Positions 31,033-43,050 of a stretch of DNA of 64,000 bases are shown here, piece after piece. The notes under the pieces were generated by a model, which searched no databases, was not told where the DNA came from, and saw nothing but the letters and a program-made list of their open reading frames with translations. This stretch comes from a bacterium (GTDB lineage: Bacteria; UBA8248). Made by a program: the position numbers and the translations under genes. Position 1 is the first letter of the stretch; every line of letters starts with the position of its first letter. The stretch covers positions 992,001 through 1,056,000 of the forward strand of contig OZ241996.1 of NCBI GenBank assembly GCA_965204535.1, written 5' to 3'.

Positions 31033-32120
31033 GAGGACGAAAAATCAAACCGGCGCTCCTGGCCCTGGAGGACGGCAGAGTCTTCCGGGGCGCGGGTTTC
31101 GGGGCGGACGCGGACGCGGAAGGCGAACTCGTCTTCAACACGGCGATGACGGGCTATCAGGAAGTGCTCACCGACCCCTCCTACCGCGGCCAGATGGTGG
31201 TGATGACGTACCCCCACATCGGGAACTACGGCGTCATCCCCGGCGATGAGGAATCCCGCCGCGCCTGGGTCGAGGCGTTCATCGTGAAGGAAGTCTGCAG
31301 GCGCCACAGCAATTTCCGGGCGAACGAGGACCTGGATTCCTATCTCAAAAGACAGGGGGTTCCCGGTATCGAGGGCGTCGACACCCGCGCGCTCACGCGC
31401 CACATCAGGGAGGCGGGCGCTCTGCGGGCGATACTCTCCTCAAAGGATCTGGACGAAGAGAACCTCATCGCGCGCGCCAAGGCGAGTCCGGGGCTGGACG
31501 GGCGCGACATGGTGCGCGACGTGACTTGCGAGGCCGCGCACGCCTGGGGCGAGCGCAAGGGCCGCCCGCTCTGCGTGGCCTATGACCTGGGGGCCAAGGA
31601 CAACATTTTCCGCGAACTGGGGGCGCGTTTCGATCTCGAAATCGTGCCGGCTTCGGAGACCGCGGAGAGCGTGCTGGCGAGAAAGCCCGCCGCCGTTTTC
31701 CTCTCGAACGGCCCCGGCGACCCGGCGGCGCTCGGCTACGTCGTCGAGAACGTGAAATCGATCATGGGCCGGGTGCCCGTCGTGGGCATCTGCCTGGGGC
31801 ACCAGATTCTGGCGCAGGCCCTGGGCGGGCGGACGTACAAGCTCAAGTTCGGCCACCACGGCGCGAACCACCCCGTGCAGGATTTGAGCACGAAAAAGGT
31901 GGACATCACTTCCCAGAACCACTCGTTCGCCGTCGACCCCGAGAGCCTGCCCGCAGGGGTGGCCGTTACGCATTCGTCTCTCAACGACAAGACTTGCGAG
32001 GGCCTCAGGTCCGAATCCCCCAAAGTGTTCAGCGTGCAGTACCACCCCGAGGCATGCCCCGGCCCGCACGACGCGGGCGCGCTGTTCGATGCGTTCTTCC
32101 GCTTCTGCGTGGGGGAGTGA
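31029..32120 (+). CDS. carA: Carbamoyl-phosphate synthase small subunit
   Basis: FNTAMTGYQE, SNGPGDP, GICLGHQ, QYHPEA. Confidence 0.96.
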   Translation: MRGRKIKPALLALEDGRVFRGAGFGADADAEGELVFNTAMTGYQEVLTDPSYRGQMVVMTYPHIGNYGVIPGDEESRRAWVEAFIVKEVCRRHSNFRANEDLDSYLKRQGVPGIEGVDTRALTRHIREAGALRAILSSKDLDEENLIARAKASPGLDGRDMVRDVTCEAAHAWGERKGRPLCVAYDLGAKDNIFRELGARFDLEIVPASETAESVLARKPAAVFLSNGPGDPAALGYVVENVKSIMGRVPVVGICLGHQILAQALGGRTYKLKFGHHGANHPVQDLSTKKVDITSQNHSFAVDPESLPAGVAVTHSSLNDKTCEGLRSESPKVFSVQYHPEACPGPHDAGALFDAFFRFCVGE

Positions 32121-32193
32121 GGGAGGTGCGCGCGGGGGATGCGAGTGAGGAACGAGTGTCCACGCCTTTTAAGTCGGCCAACCCCCCCTTGTC

Positions 32194-33706
32194 GGGGCTG
32201 TTGAAAAACCCCTGGTTTTGTGATCGTATGGATGTATTCCCCCTCGCCCGAGATGGGAGTTCCGGAGATGTTGGACCGCAAGAGGCGCGAGCAGATGGAC
32301 TTGTTCGTGGCCGGCCCGCTGGAGAAGTTGATTCCCGAAGATCACATATTGCGCCAGGTGGACCGCGTACTGGATTTGAGTTGGCTTCGCGAGGAAGTGG
32401 CGGCGTGCTATTGCGCGGACAACGGTCGACCGGGGATCGACCCGGAAGTGGTGATCCGGTTGATGCTGGCGGGCCTGCTGCTGGGCTACGCGGAGGACCG
32501 CCGCCTGCTGCGCGAGGCGCAGGCGCATCTGGCGGTCCGGTGGTTCATCGGGTACAGGCTGGACGAGGATTTGCCGGATCATTCGAGCCTGACGCGTATC
32601 CGTCAACGCTGGGGGGAGGAGCGGTTCAAGGAGATATTTCGGCGCACGGTTCAGTCTTGCGTGGAGGCGAAGGTGGCGAAGGGAGAAGTGGTTCACATGG
32701 ACGCGTCTTTGATACGTGCGGACGTGAGCTGGGAGAGTCTGGCGGAGCGCCACGCGGAGAAGGTGGTGCGGGAGAACGACTCGGAGGATGAGACGGGGAA
32801 GAAGGGCGGCGGCGGTTCGGGTCCGGTGAGCCGAACGGACCCCGACGCTCGCCTGGCGCGCAAGAGCGCTCGGGCGGGGTTCGAGCCGAGCTACAAGCAC
32901 CACGCGGTGGTGGACGACGAGCGTGGGGTGGTTCTCGACGTAGAGGTGACGGAGGGGACGTTGAACGAGCGGGAGATGATGGAGCCGCAGCTGGATGCGG
33001 TTTGCGAGCTCACGGGTCGCGCGCCCGCGGTGGTGACGGCGGATAGTGGTTATGCGTATTCGAAGGTGTACGGCGCATTGGAGCGTCGGGGGGTGGACGC
33101 GGTGATACCGGCGAAGAAGGAGCCTTCCCAGAGCCGTGTTCCGCTGCAACTGTTCCGCTACGACGAGCGTCACAAGGTGGTGAAGTGTCCAGGGGGCAAG
33201 ACGCTGCGCCCCCGGAAGGAGACGGAGCGGGGGCGCTGGTATGTATCGAGGACCCGCGATTGCGCGGGGTGCGCGCTCAAGGCCGATTGTCTGTCGGCGT
33301 CTCGCACGAGCAGGGCGGTTCTGATTCCGCACGAGTATCCGGCGCTGTTGCGCGCGCGCCGTCGCCACGCGCGCCGTGGGGAGGAGGAGGGTCGGCTGTG
33401 GCGGCGCCACATGGGTCGCTCGGAGGGCTATCACGGCGAGGCGAAGAGTCGGCACGGACTGGCGCGGGCGGTACGCCGGGGTCTTGCGAACGTGAAGATC
33501 CAGGCCTACCTGACGGCGACTGCGGTGAACCTCAAGCGGCTCGCCGCCGCTGTGGCCGCGGGTTTATTCGCTCTGTGGCGGGCTTGGGCCGCCCGGAAAC
33601 GCCGAATGAGCGCATATCGCGGCCTCACGCGCCGATTGGGCTTCCTCTCCCAGGCCGCGTGAGCCGCCATACATCCCGCTTCAAAACGGGGTTTTTCAAC
33701 AGCCCC
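32194..33706 (+). mobile_element. IS1182-family insertion sequence (1513 bp)
   Basis: Perfect 19-bp TIRs GGGGCTGTTGAAAAACCCC (32194-32212 and 33688-33706); 5-bp direct repeat TTGTC (32189-32193 and 33707-33711). Confidence 0.92.
32268..33662 (+). CDS. IS1182-family DDE transposase
   Basis: LIPEDH.LR, GRPGIDP, PDHSSL, TDPDA, ADSGY, C..C..K..C, E..HG..K; ATG after GGAG. Confidence 0.92.
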   Translation: MLDRKRREQMDLFVAGPLEKLIPEDHILRQVDRVLDLSWLREEVAACYCADNGRPGIDPEVVIRLMLAGLLLGYAEDRRLLREAQAHLAVRWFIGYRLDEDLPDHSSLTRIRQRWGEERFKEIFRRTVQSCVEAKVAKGEVVHMDASLIRADVSWESLAERHAEKVVRENDSEDETGKKGGGGSGPVSRTDPDARLARKSARAGFEPSYKHHAVVDDERGVVLDVEVTEGTLNEREMMEPQLDAVCELTGRAPAVVTADSGYAYSKVYGALERRGVDAVIPAKKEPSQSRVPLQLFRYDERHKVVKCPGGKTLRPRKETERGRWYVSRTRDCAGCALKADCLSASRTSRAVLIPHEYPALLRARRRHARRGEEEGRLWRRHMGRSEGYHGEAKSRHGLARAVRRGLANVKIQAYLTATAVNLKRLAAAVAAGLFALWRAWAARKRRMSAYRGLTRRLGFLSQAA

Positions 33707-33889
33707 TTGTCAGGGGGTATAAAAAGGCGATGCGCCCTCGCCGGGCTGGGGGGTTTTGTTTTTTCTTGCCCCCCTGACAAGGGGGGGTAGGGGGGGTTGC
33801 TCTTTTGACAAGGGGTTTTTCAACGGCCACTCCTCAGGAGGATAAAAGCGATGCTCTCGACGGGGGCATTATCAACAGCCCCCTCAAGG

Positions 33890-34179
33890 GGGTCTGTTGA
33901 AAACCCTGTTGTTCGTCACCTTTGGAGTTCTCCCTCCACCGGAGAATTTCAAATCAACTCCCCCCTTGAGGGGGTCGGGCTTCCCGAGGGGAAAGCCCGA
34001 CAGAGGCCGAGCGGTTTGTGCGAAGGCCGATGTGGTGGGGGGTAAAATGCGTTTTATCGCCATTCCGAATTATCCCCCCACCGAATCGCTTTCGGGCTTA
34101 CGCCCTCAGCTCTTCGACTCCCCCTCAAGGGGGGAGTGAAAGGCAGCGCGCTCCTTGTGTGGGCATTATCAACACCCCC
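33890..34179. mobile_element. MITE (290 bp) with IS1182-type ends carrying repeat family A
   Basis: Ends GGGTCTGTTGAAAA / TTATCAACACCCCC; exact 5-bp duplication CAAGG (33885-33889 and 34180-34184). Confidence 0.75.
33958..34140. repeat. Repeat family A (CTCCCCCCTTGAGGGG ... CCCCCTCAAGGGGGGAGTGAA)
   Basis: Core nearly identical to 58456-58623; divergent copy at 39311-39478. Confidence 0.9.
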
Positions 34180-34369
34180 CAAGGGGGGAGCGGGAAAACC
34201 CAGGCGGCGGAGCGTGGTTTCGGAGAAGAAATATGAATTGACCGGCGAAAAGGAGTCGTCAACCGAAGTATATCATTCCTGAAAATCGAGAGGCGCGGTG
34301 AGGCGATTTCATCAGCGGGAATTTGAAACGCCCTTTTTATTTTCCATTTTCAAGCGGGTGGCCTGATTC

Positions 34370-37621
<3,252 letters not shown>

Positions 37622-37696
37622 CGATTCCCATCTCTCAAGCCAGGGTGTAGAGTAGCGTTTTACCGATTCTGCTCTCACCTCGTGAGGCCCCGGCTC

Positions 37697-37972
37697 ATGC
37701 TGCGACTCATTTTTTATCTGGTTTTGTCCTGGCTGATATATTATCTTATTCGTAGTCTTATCAGCGGTATCACGGGTGCGGGACGGAAAACTCCCGAGGC
37801 CGAAGACGGCCTCGACGACGAGATGCTCAACTGCCCCGAGTGCGCGACGTTCTTCCCGTCGCGCATCGGGATTACGAAGCGCGCGGGCGGCGGCAGGCGT
37901 TCCTTCTGTTGCGTGGCGTGCGCGGAGAAGTTCGCCGAACGAGGCGGCCCGCCTGGGGCGGATGATGGATGA
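37697..37972 (+). CDS. Small membrane-anchored zinc-finger protein (TRASH/YHS-like)
   Basis: N-terminal TM helix, CPEC...FCCVAC. Confidence 0.7.
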   Translation: MLRLIFYLVLSWLIYYLIRSLISGITGAGRKTPEAEDGLDDEMLNCPECATFFPSRIGITKRAGGGRRSFCCVACAEKFAERGGPPGADDG

Positions 37973-38086
37973 AAGGGCGCCCAATCGGTTCGTTCGCGCC
38001 GAGGCGGGTCGGCGAGGACGGTCGCCTCGTGAGAACCCGGGCGCCGGATAAGCCCGAGCGGATGTCGCAAAGACGGGAGAACCACG

Positions 38087-38821
38087 ATGTCGAGTGGAGC
38101 AACAGACCCCGGCGCGCGGGGTGAAGACGGCGCCACGGCCTTGCACCGTGCGGTGATGGACGCCGGCGCCCCCGAAGTCGTAGGCGAACTGCTCGAGGCC
38201 GGGGCCGAGGTGAACGCGCGGGACAATAGAGGATGGACGCCCCTGCACTGGGCGGCATGCTTCGTCGATAATTCGGCGGTGCTGACCGCCTTGACGCGGG
38301 CCGGGGCCGACCCGAACGCGCCGGATGAGAGAGGGGCGACTCCCCTCCACACGGCGGTGGCGTTCAACGCGGCTCCTGTGATCGTGACGACTCTGCTGGA
38401 CGCCGGCGCCGACCCGAACGCGGAGGGCATATTCGGATGGACGGCCCTGCACGCGGCGGCGGCGTTCGGCGAAGCCTCGGACATCGTGGAGATCCTGGTA
38501 CGGGCGGGCGCCCAGGTGAACACGCCGGACAGAAAGGGCCTGGCGCCGCTGCACTGGGCGGGGATGCGCAGTTCGGCCCCCGCCATCGTGAAGGCCCTGC
38601 TCGCGGCGGGCGCCAACCCCGACGTGCGCGACAAGCGCGTGCGAACCCCCCTCCACTACGCGGCGGCGAAAGACGGTGTCATCCTATCGGTGGTCGAGGC
38701 CCTGCTCGACGCCGGCGCCGACCCCGGCGCGAAAGATTCCGAAGGCAAGACCCCCAAAGAGGGCGTGAAGCCCGATTCCCCGTTCAGAGGGACGGAGGCG
38801 TATATGCGGTTGGGGGGGTGA
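38087..38821 (+). CDS. Ankyrin-repeat protein (about 6 repeats)
   Basis: Repeated G.T(P/A)LH.A....V..LL.AGA(D/E)(P/V)N.RD. Confidence 0.93.
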   Translation: MSSGATDPGARGEDGATALHRAVMDAGAPEVVGELLEAGAEVNARDNRGWTPLHWAACFVDNSAVLTALTRAGADPNAPDERGATPLHTAVAFNAAPVIVTTLLDAGADPNAEGIFGWTALHAAAAFGEASDIVEILVRAGAQVNTPDRKGLAPLHWAGMRSSAPAIVKALLAAGANPDVRDKRVRTPLHYAAAKDGVILSVVEALLDAGADPGAKDSEGKTPKEGVKPDSPFRGTEAYMRLGG

Positions 38822-38904
38822 ATTCCGACTGATGAAGGAGGAATTCCTCCGACCGGTGAGGGTGGGTTTGCGGCTCCAATCCATGTAGAAAACTAGATGG
38901 TTTC

Positions 38905-38930
38905 GTAGGGGCGGACCCACGTGTCCGCCC
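38905..38930 (+). repeat. GTAG-type REP hairpin
   Basis: GTAG-GGGCGGAC-CCACGT-GTCCGCCC. Confidence 0.8.
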
Positions 38931-38944
38931 GGTTATTTTGTAGT

Positions 38945-39478
38945 CGTCATTCCGGCAATCAATGCCGACCGAGGAGCGAGGGATTGCCGGAATCCAGTGT
39001 TTTTGTTTTTCGCCTTATGCTTTTCCTGCTTCCTTTCCTGATCAATGAGGGAATGAAAAACCCCCGCGATATTCACTTTAATCGGTTCTGGATTCCGGCA
39101 TGCGCCGGAATGACGAACAAAACCACACCGCCTCATCCTGAGTAGCGGCGAAGCCGCGTATCGAAGGATGCCCTCTCGCCACGGCGCGAGTCCCTCGCCC
39201 TTCGATACAAACGCTCCTTGCTCAGTCACGTTTTACCTTCGGCGGCTACTCAGGGTGAGGAAAGAGGCGTCGGCGGTTTCCAGAGGACGCATACAGGGCT
39301 TTTTCAACAGCCCCTTGAGGGTCGGGCTTCCCGAGGAGAAAGCGAGACGAAGAGGCCGAGTCCACAGGACGAAGGCCGATTCGGTGGGGGGATATGCCAC
39401 AGAAAAAACTCCCCCCACCGATTCGGTTTCGGGTTTACACCCTCACCTCATCGACTCCCCCTCAAGGGGGGAGTGAAT
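38945..39478. repeat. Stacked repeat cluster: family B (38945-39115), family C (39131-39260), lone IS1182-type right end (about 39298-39314), family A (39311-39478)
   Basis: Direct similarity to copies at 3679, 10877, 33688 and 33958/58456. Confidence 0.8.
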
Positions 39479-39519
39479 TTCCCCTCTTCTTGGGTAGAAA
39501 TGACCTTCAATGGGGGAGT

Positions 39520-39942
39520 GGTTCCAACGAGGTCTTTCTGCAAGCCGTCAGGAGAAACATCGAGCGCTTCCCTGCGGATTTCATGTTTCAGCTTACGAAA
39601 CCCGAATACGACGACTTGAGATCACAAATTGTGATCTCAAGTTGGGGCGGCAGGCGTTACCCGCCTTATGCGTTCACCGAACAGGGGGTCGCCATGCTCT
39701 CCAGCGTTCTTCGCAGCGAGCGGGCGATTCGGGTAAACATCGAGATCATGCGCGCCTTCTTGGAGTTGCGGCGGATGCAGGCGAGCCATGCCGACCTCGC
39801 GCGCAAGCTCTCCGCTCTGGAGAAGAAATATGACAAGCAGTTCAATGTCGTTTTCGAAGCCATCCGGGGACTCATGGCCCCGCCCGAGCTGGAGAAAAAA
39901 GGCAGAATCGGGTTTTCCCCCTCAAGCGGCAAGCGAAAGTGA
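39520..39942 (+). pseudogene. ORF6N/KilA-N domain protein, 5'-truncated
   Basis: [40 protein letters not shown]; N-terminus replaced by repeat A. Confidence 0.75.
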
Positions 39943-40184
39943 AGCGGCCTACCCGGAAATCGCACTTGCTCAAGGGAGGTATCCGCCCCCTGGAACGGCA
40001 GGCGGCGGAGGACGAGACTCGCCTGCAGACCCTGCGCGAGGCCGCCGAAGTAGGGGTCGCCGACATCAAGGAGAGGCGGTTCCGAACTTTCGATACGAAG
40101 GAATCGCTTCGCAAGCATCTCTCACAACTGGCCGAGAACGCCGTCTCAGACCCACCCGCCGGGGGTAGGGCCGATCATGAATAG
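39939..40184 (+). pseudogene. ParD-type antitoxin remnant (internal deletion of the RHH region)
   Basis: PTR.. joined to GIRPLERQAAEDETRLQTLREAAEVGVADI...RF, resembling the CC2985-type ParD C-half. Confidence 0.6.
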
Positions 40185-40185
40185 C

Positions 40186-40211
40186 GGGCAGGCACAGGGG
40201 CCTGCCCCTAC
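40186..40211 (-). repeat. GTAG-type REP hairpin
   Basis: GTAG-GGGCAGGC-CCCTGT-GCCTGCCC on the minus strand. Confidence 0.8.
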
Positions 40212-40234
40212 GCAATCTCCTTCGTCTGTAAAAC

Positions 40235-40273
40235 GACGGGCCGCATGACGTGGAGATTGTGGACTACCATTGA
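40235..40273 (+). pseudogene. higB: HigB toxin 3' remnant
   Basis: Encodes DGPHDVEIVDYH-stop, the typical HigB C-terminus, immediately before higA. Confidence 0.7.
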
Positions 40274-40284
40274 GGAGCGCGGGA

Positions 40285-40590
40285 ATGAACGCGAAGAACA
40301 AAATGACGCCGGTGCATCCGGGCGAGATACTGCGCGAGGAACTCGATGCGCTGGAACTCTCGGCCAATGCGCTCTCGAAGGCGCTCGGCGTGCCCGTGAA
40401 CCGGGTCACGACGATACTGAACGGCCGGCGGGGCGTGAGCGCGGACACGGCGCTGCGCCTGGCGCGGTATTTCGGAACCACGCCCGAACTCTGGATGAAC
40501 CTGCAGAAGACCTGGGAGCTTCGCCGGGCCGAGGTCGTCCAGGGCCGCGAGATCGCCGAGCGGGTGAAGCCGCGCGAAACGGCGGCGTAG
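40285..40590 (+). CDS. higA: HigA antitoxin
   Basis: PVHPGEILREE, ADTALRLARYFGT.PELWMNLQ. Confidence 0.92.
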   Translation: MNAKNKMTPVHPGEILREELDALELSANALSKALGVPVNRVTTILNGRRGVSADTALRLARYFGTTPELWMNLQKTWELRRAEVVQGREIAERVKPRETAA

Positions 40591-40626
40591 GGAAGCGGCC
40601 GGGCACGGGCTCGTTCACGAACAGCT

Positions 40627-40652
40627 GGGCGGAGGCTTAGGTCCGCCCCTAC
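40627..40652 (-). repeat. GTAG-type REP hairpin
   Basis: GTAG-GGGCGGAC-CTAAGC-CTCCGCCC on the minus strand; degenerate further copy at 41348-41373. Confidence 0.75.
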
Positions 40653-40801
40653 GAAAGTTCATTTCCTGCCAGGCCGCTTGACAATGTTCGCAGAGAGCCG
40701 TCATTACGGCGGATGACGGCGAGCCATACGGAGCACGCGTGACATGAAACCTTTGCGCGTATACCCATTCTTGGTATGCTGACTGTGAAGGGGGTATCAT
40801 C

Positions 40802-41038
40802 ATGCCGCGCAATACGTCGGTTTCACTCGGGGATCATTTCGTGGGTTTCATCGAAGAGCGCGTTGCGTCGGGCCGCTACAACTCGGCGAGCGACGTGGTG
40901 CGCGCCGGGCTGCGTCTGCTCGAAGAGCACGAAGCCAGGGTGAATGCCCTGCGCGATGCGCTCATCGAAGGCGGGGCGTCCGGCCAGGCGACGCCTTTTG
41001 ATTTCGATGCTTTCATCGCCGGCAAGAAAACCCCCTGA
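40802..41038 (+). CDS. parD: ParD antitoxin (RHH)
   Basis: [12 protein letters not shown]...[20 protein letters not shown]. Confidence 0.92.
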   Translation: MPRNTSVSLGDHFVGFIEERVASGRYNSASDVVRAGLRLLEEHEARVNALRDALIEGGASGQATPFDFDAFIAGKKTP

Positions 41039-41043
41039 GCGGG

Positions 41044-41253
41044 ATGGGAAGCTATACGGTATCACCGGCGGCGCGATCCGATCTGGAAAGCATTTGGGAT
41101 TATACCGTCTCGCATTGGGGCATGGCGCAAGCCGAGGACTACACCCGGAACATTCAGGCGGCGTGCGAAGCGCTGAGCGAAGGCAGGATGGTCAGTCGCT
41201 CGGCGGAAGATATACGCGCGGGATACCGTAAGGCTGCTGTCGGATCGCTGTAG
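41044..41253 (+). pseudogene. parE: ParE toxin, C-terminally truncated
   Basis: SPAARSDLESIWDYT..WG..QA..Y; stops at GYRKAAVGSL, before the usual H.IFY...VRILH C-terminus. Confidence 0.75.
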
Positions 41254-41980
41254 CTTCCACGAAAAGCTCCTGATTATCCTGACGATGTATGAACCCCACC
41301 CATGTGGCTCATGCGCGGAGGCGATGTCACGCAGATGGAAGCCGGGGCGGCGGGAAATTCTATTAGCCCCTACGCAAACTCTTCCCTGATCGGGCCGGTT
41401 TCTGTTCGGGAATTTATCACGATTCGTCGGCGTATCATCTTGGTTCGGCGGGTTTTTATCTTTTATCCCCAGGAAATTTTCACGTAAAGGCGAAAGCGCA
41501 TTTGCCCGCAATTGCCGTTCTTGCGTCCGGCGGGGGTTTGGTAGGGTGGCGGAGCGAATCGCTCCTTGCGCGAAAGCGCGGCGGGCGCGGCACTTTCATG
41601 AGGCTGAGACGATGACCAAGTCAATTTCATGCGAGCCATTCGCCCCGGCGCATCCGGGGAGGCGGGAGAATTTCGCGCGCCTTCCGGGCTTCGGCGGCTC
41701 CGAGAGGGCGATGGAGAGCAGGTCTAGCGCGCGGGCGTGCGTGAATCGGGAATTCCTGAAAAATCCCATAAATATCGATAAATTCACGGGGTTTTCCTGT
41801 AAATTTCTGACTATGCAAGTGATTGTAATAAAAAGGGTTATCATATGAATCTGAGCGTTCTGCACTCAGATATGGCGCAAAAAAAATTTCGCGCGCCGCA
41901 TTTGCCCGCAGATTCGATGAGTTGAACGCACCCCGGCGCATTTCCCCGCATATTCGCGCAGATTCTCATTCCCCGCCATA

Positions 41981-42008
41981 TTGACATTTGGACGCAGCCG
42001 CGTAATCT
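41981..42008 (+). promoter_or_regulatory. Putative sigma70 promoter of tal
   Basis: TTGACA-16 nt-TAATCT about 60 bp upstream of the start codon. Confidence 0.5.
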
Positions 42009-42065
42009 TCTCATATGCGGGGCGCGGCCCCGAGGGGGGAATGAACACGTCCGGCGGGAGAGAAC

Positions 42066-42716
42066 ATGAAGATATTCATCGATACGGCGAACCTGGAGGA
42101 GATCACCGAGGCGGCGTCCACGGGCATCCTGGACGGCGTGACGACGAACCCATCGCTCATCGCAAAGGAGGGCGCCGACCACCACACGAGGATCAAGGAG
42201 ATATGCGAGGTGGTCGACGGGCCGGTGAGTGCCGAGGTCATCGCCACGGAGTGGAAGGAGATGGTCGAAGAGGGCCGCGAGCTGGCGGCGATTCACGAGA
42301 ACGTCGTGGTGAAGGTTCCGGTGGGCGTCGAGGGGCTGCGCGCCGTCAAGGCCATGCGCGAGGAGAACATCAACACGAACGTCACCCTCATCTTCAGCCC
42401 CGCGCAGGCGATGCTGGCCGCCAAGGCGGGGGCGTCTTTCGTGAGCCCCTTCGTGGGCCGGCTGGACGACATCTCCAACCCGGGCATGCAGATTGTGAGC
42501 GATATCGTGCAGATTTTCGAGAACTACGATTACGCCACCGAAGTGCTGGTGGCCAGCGTGCGCACGCCGATTCACCTGCTCGAAGCCGCGAAGATGGGGG
42601 CGGACGTCGCGACGGTCCCCTTCGGGGTGATCGCGCAGTTGCTCAAGCATCCGTTGACGGATATCGGGTTGGAGAAATTTTTGGCGGATTGGCGCCGCGC
42701 CAATGAGATGCGCTGA
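42066..42716 (+). CDS. tal: Transaldolase / fructose-6-phosphate aldolase
   Basis: [31 protein letters not shown]. Confidence 0.93.
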   Translation: MKIFIDTANLEEITEAASTGILDGVTTNPSLIAKEGADHHTRIKEICEVVDGPVSAEVIATEWKEMVEEGRELAAIHENVVVKVPVGVEGLRAVKAMREENINTNVTLIFSPAQAMLAAKAGASFVSPFVGRLDDISNPGMQIVSDIVQIFENYDYATEVLVASVRTPIHLLEAAKMGADVATVPFGVIAQLLKHPLTDIGLEKFLADWRRANEMR

Positions 42717-42739
42717 TTCTACGGGAGGCCAGAAAAATC

Positions 42740-42970
42740 ATGCCGATGTATGAATTTCTTTGCGGAAGCTGTGAAATAGATTTCGAGACCATCGTTTCAT
42801 CCGCGCAAGCCGTAGATGGGGTCGAATGCCCTGAATGCGGCTCGAAGAAGGTTCACAAGAAACTTTCCTTGTTCGCCAAATCCACTTCGAGTGCTGCGGC
42901 GTCGGCGCCGATTGCCAGTGGATACTCGGCCGGCGGGGGCGGCTGCGGAGGCATGTGTTCGTGCCACTGA
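42740..42970 (+). CDS. FmdB-family zinc ribbon protein
   Basis: MPMYEFLCGSC...CPECGS; Cys-rich tail. Confidence 0.85.
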   Translation: MPMYEFLCGSCEIDFETIVSSAQAVDGVECPECGSKKVHKKLSLFAKSTSSAAASAPIASGYSAGGGGCGGMCSCH

Positions 42971-43050
42971 TCCCTCGGGGCTGAGCTTTACTCTCTCGCC
43001 GCCTGATTCGCGCTCTATCCTTGCAGGGAATTCCCAGGGGAGGGAACATC

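Noticed and set aside
33700-34200. Repeat clusters as a CRISPR array
   Set aside because: No regularly spaced identical direct repeats with unique spacers, and no cas genes; the repeats are palindromic MITE/REP types
38900-41400. TA cluster as an integron cassette array
   Set aside because: No attC-like RYYYAAC/GTTRRRY boundaries recognised and no integrase in the window
42740-42990. FmdB protein ending CSCH-TGA as a possible second selenoprotein
   Set aside because: The protein looks complete at the TGA, and no convincing SECIS hairpin or conserved extension follows
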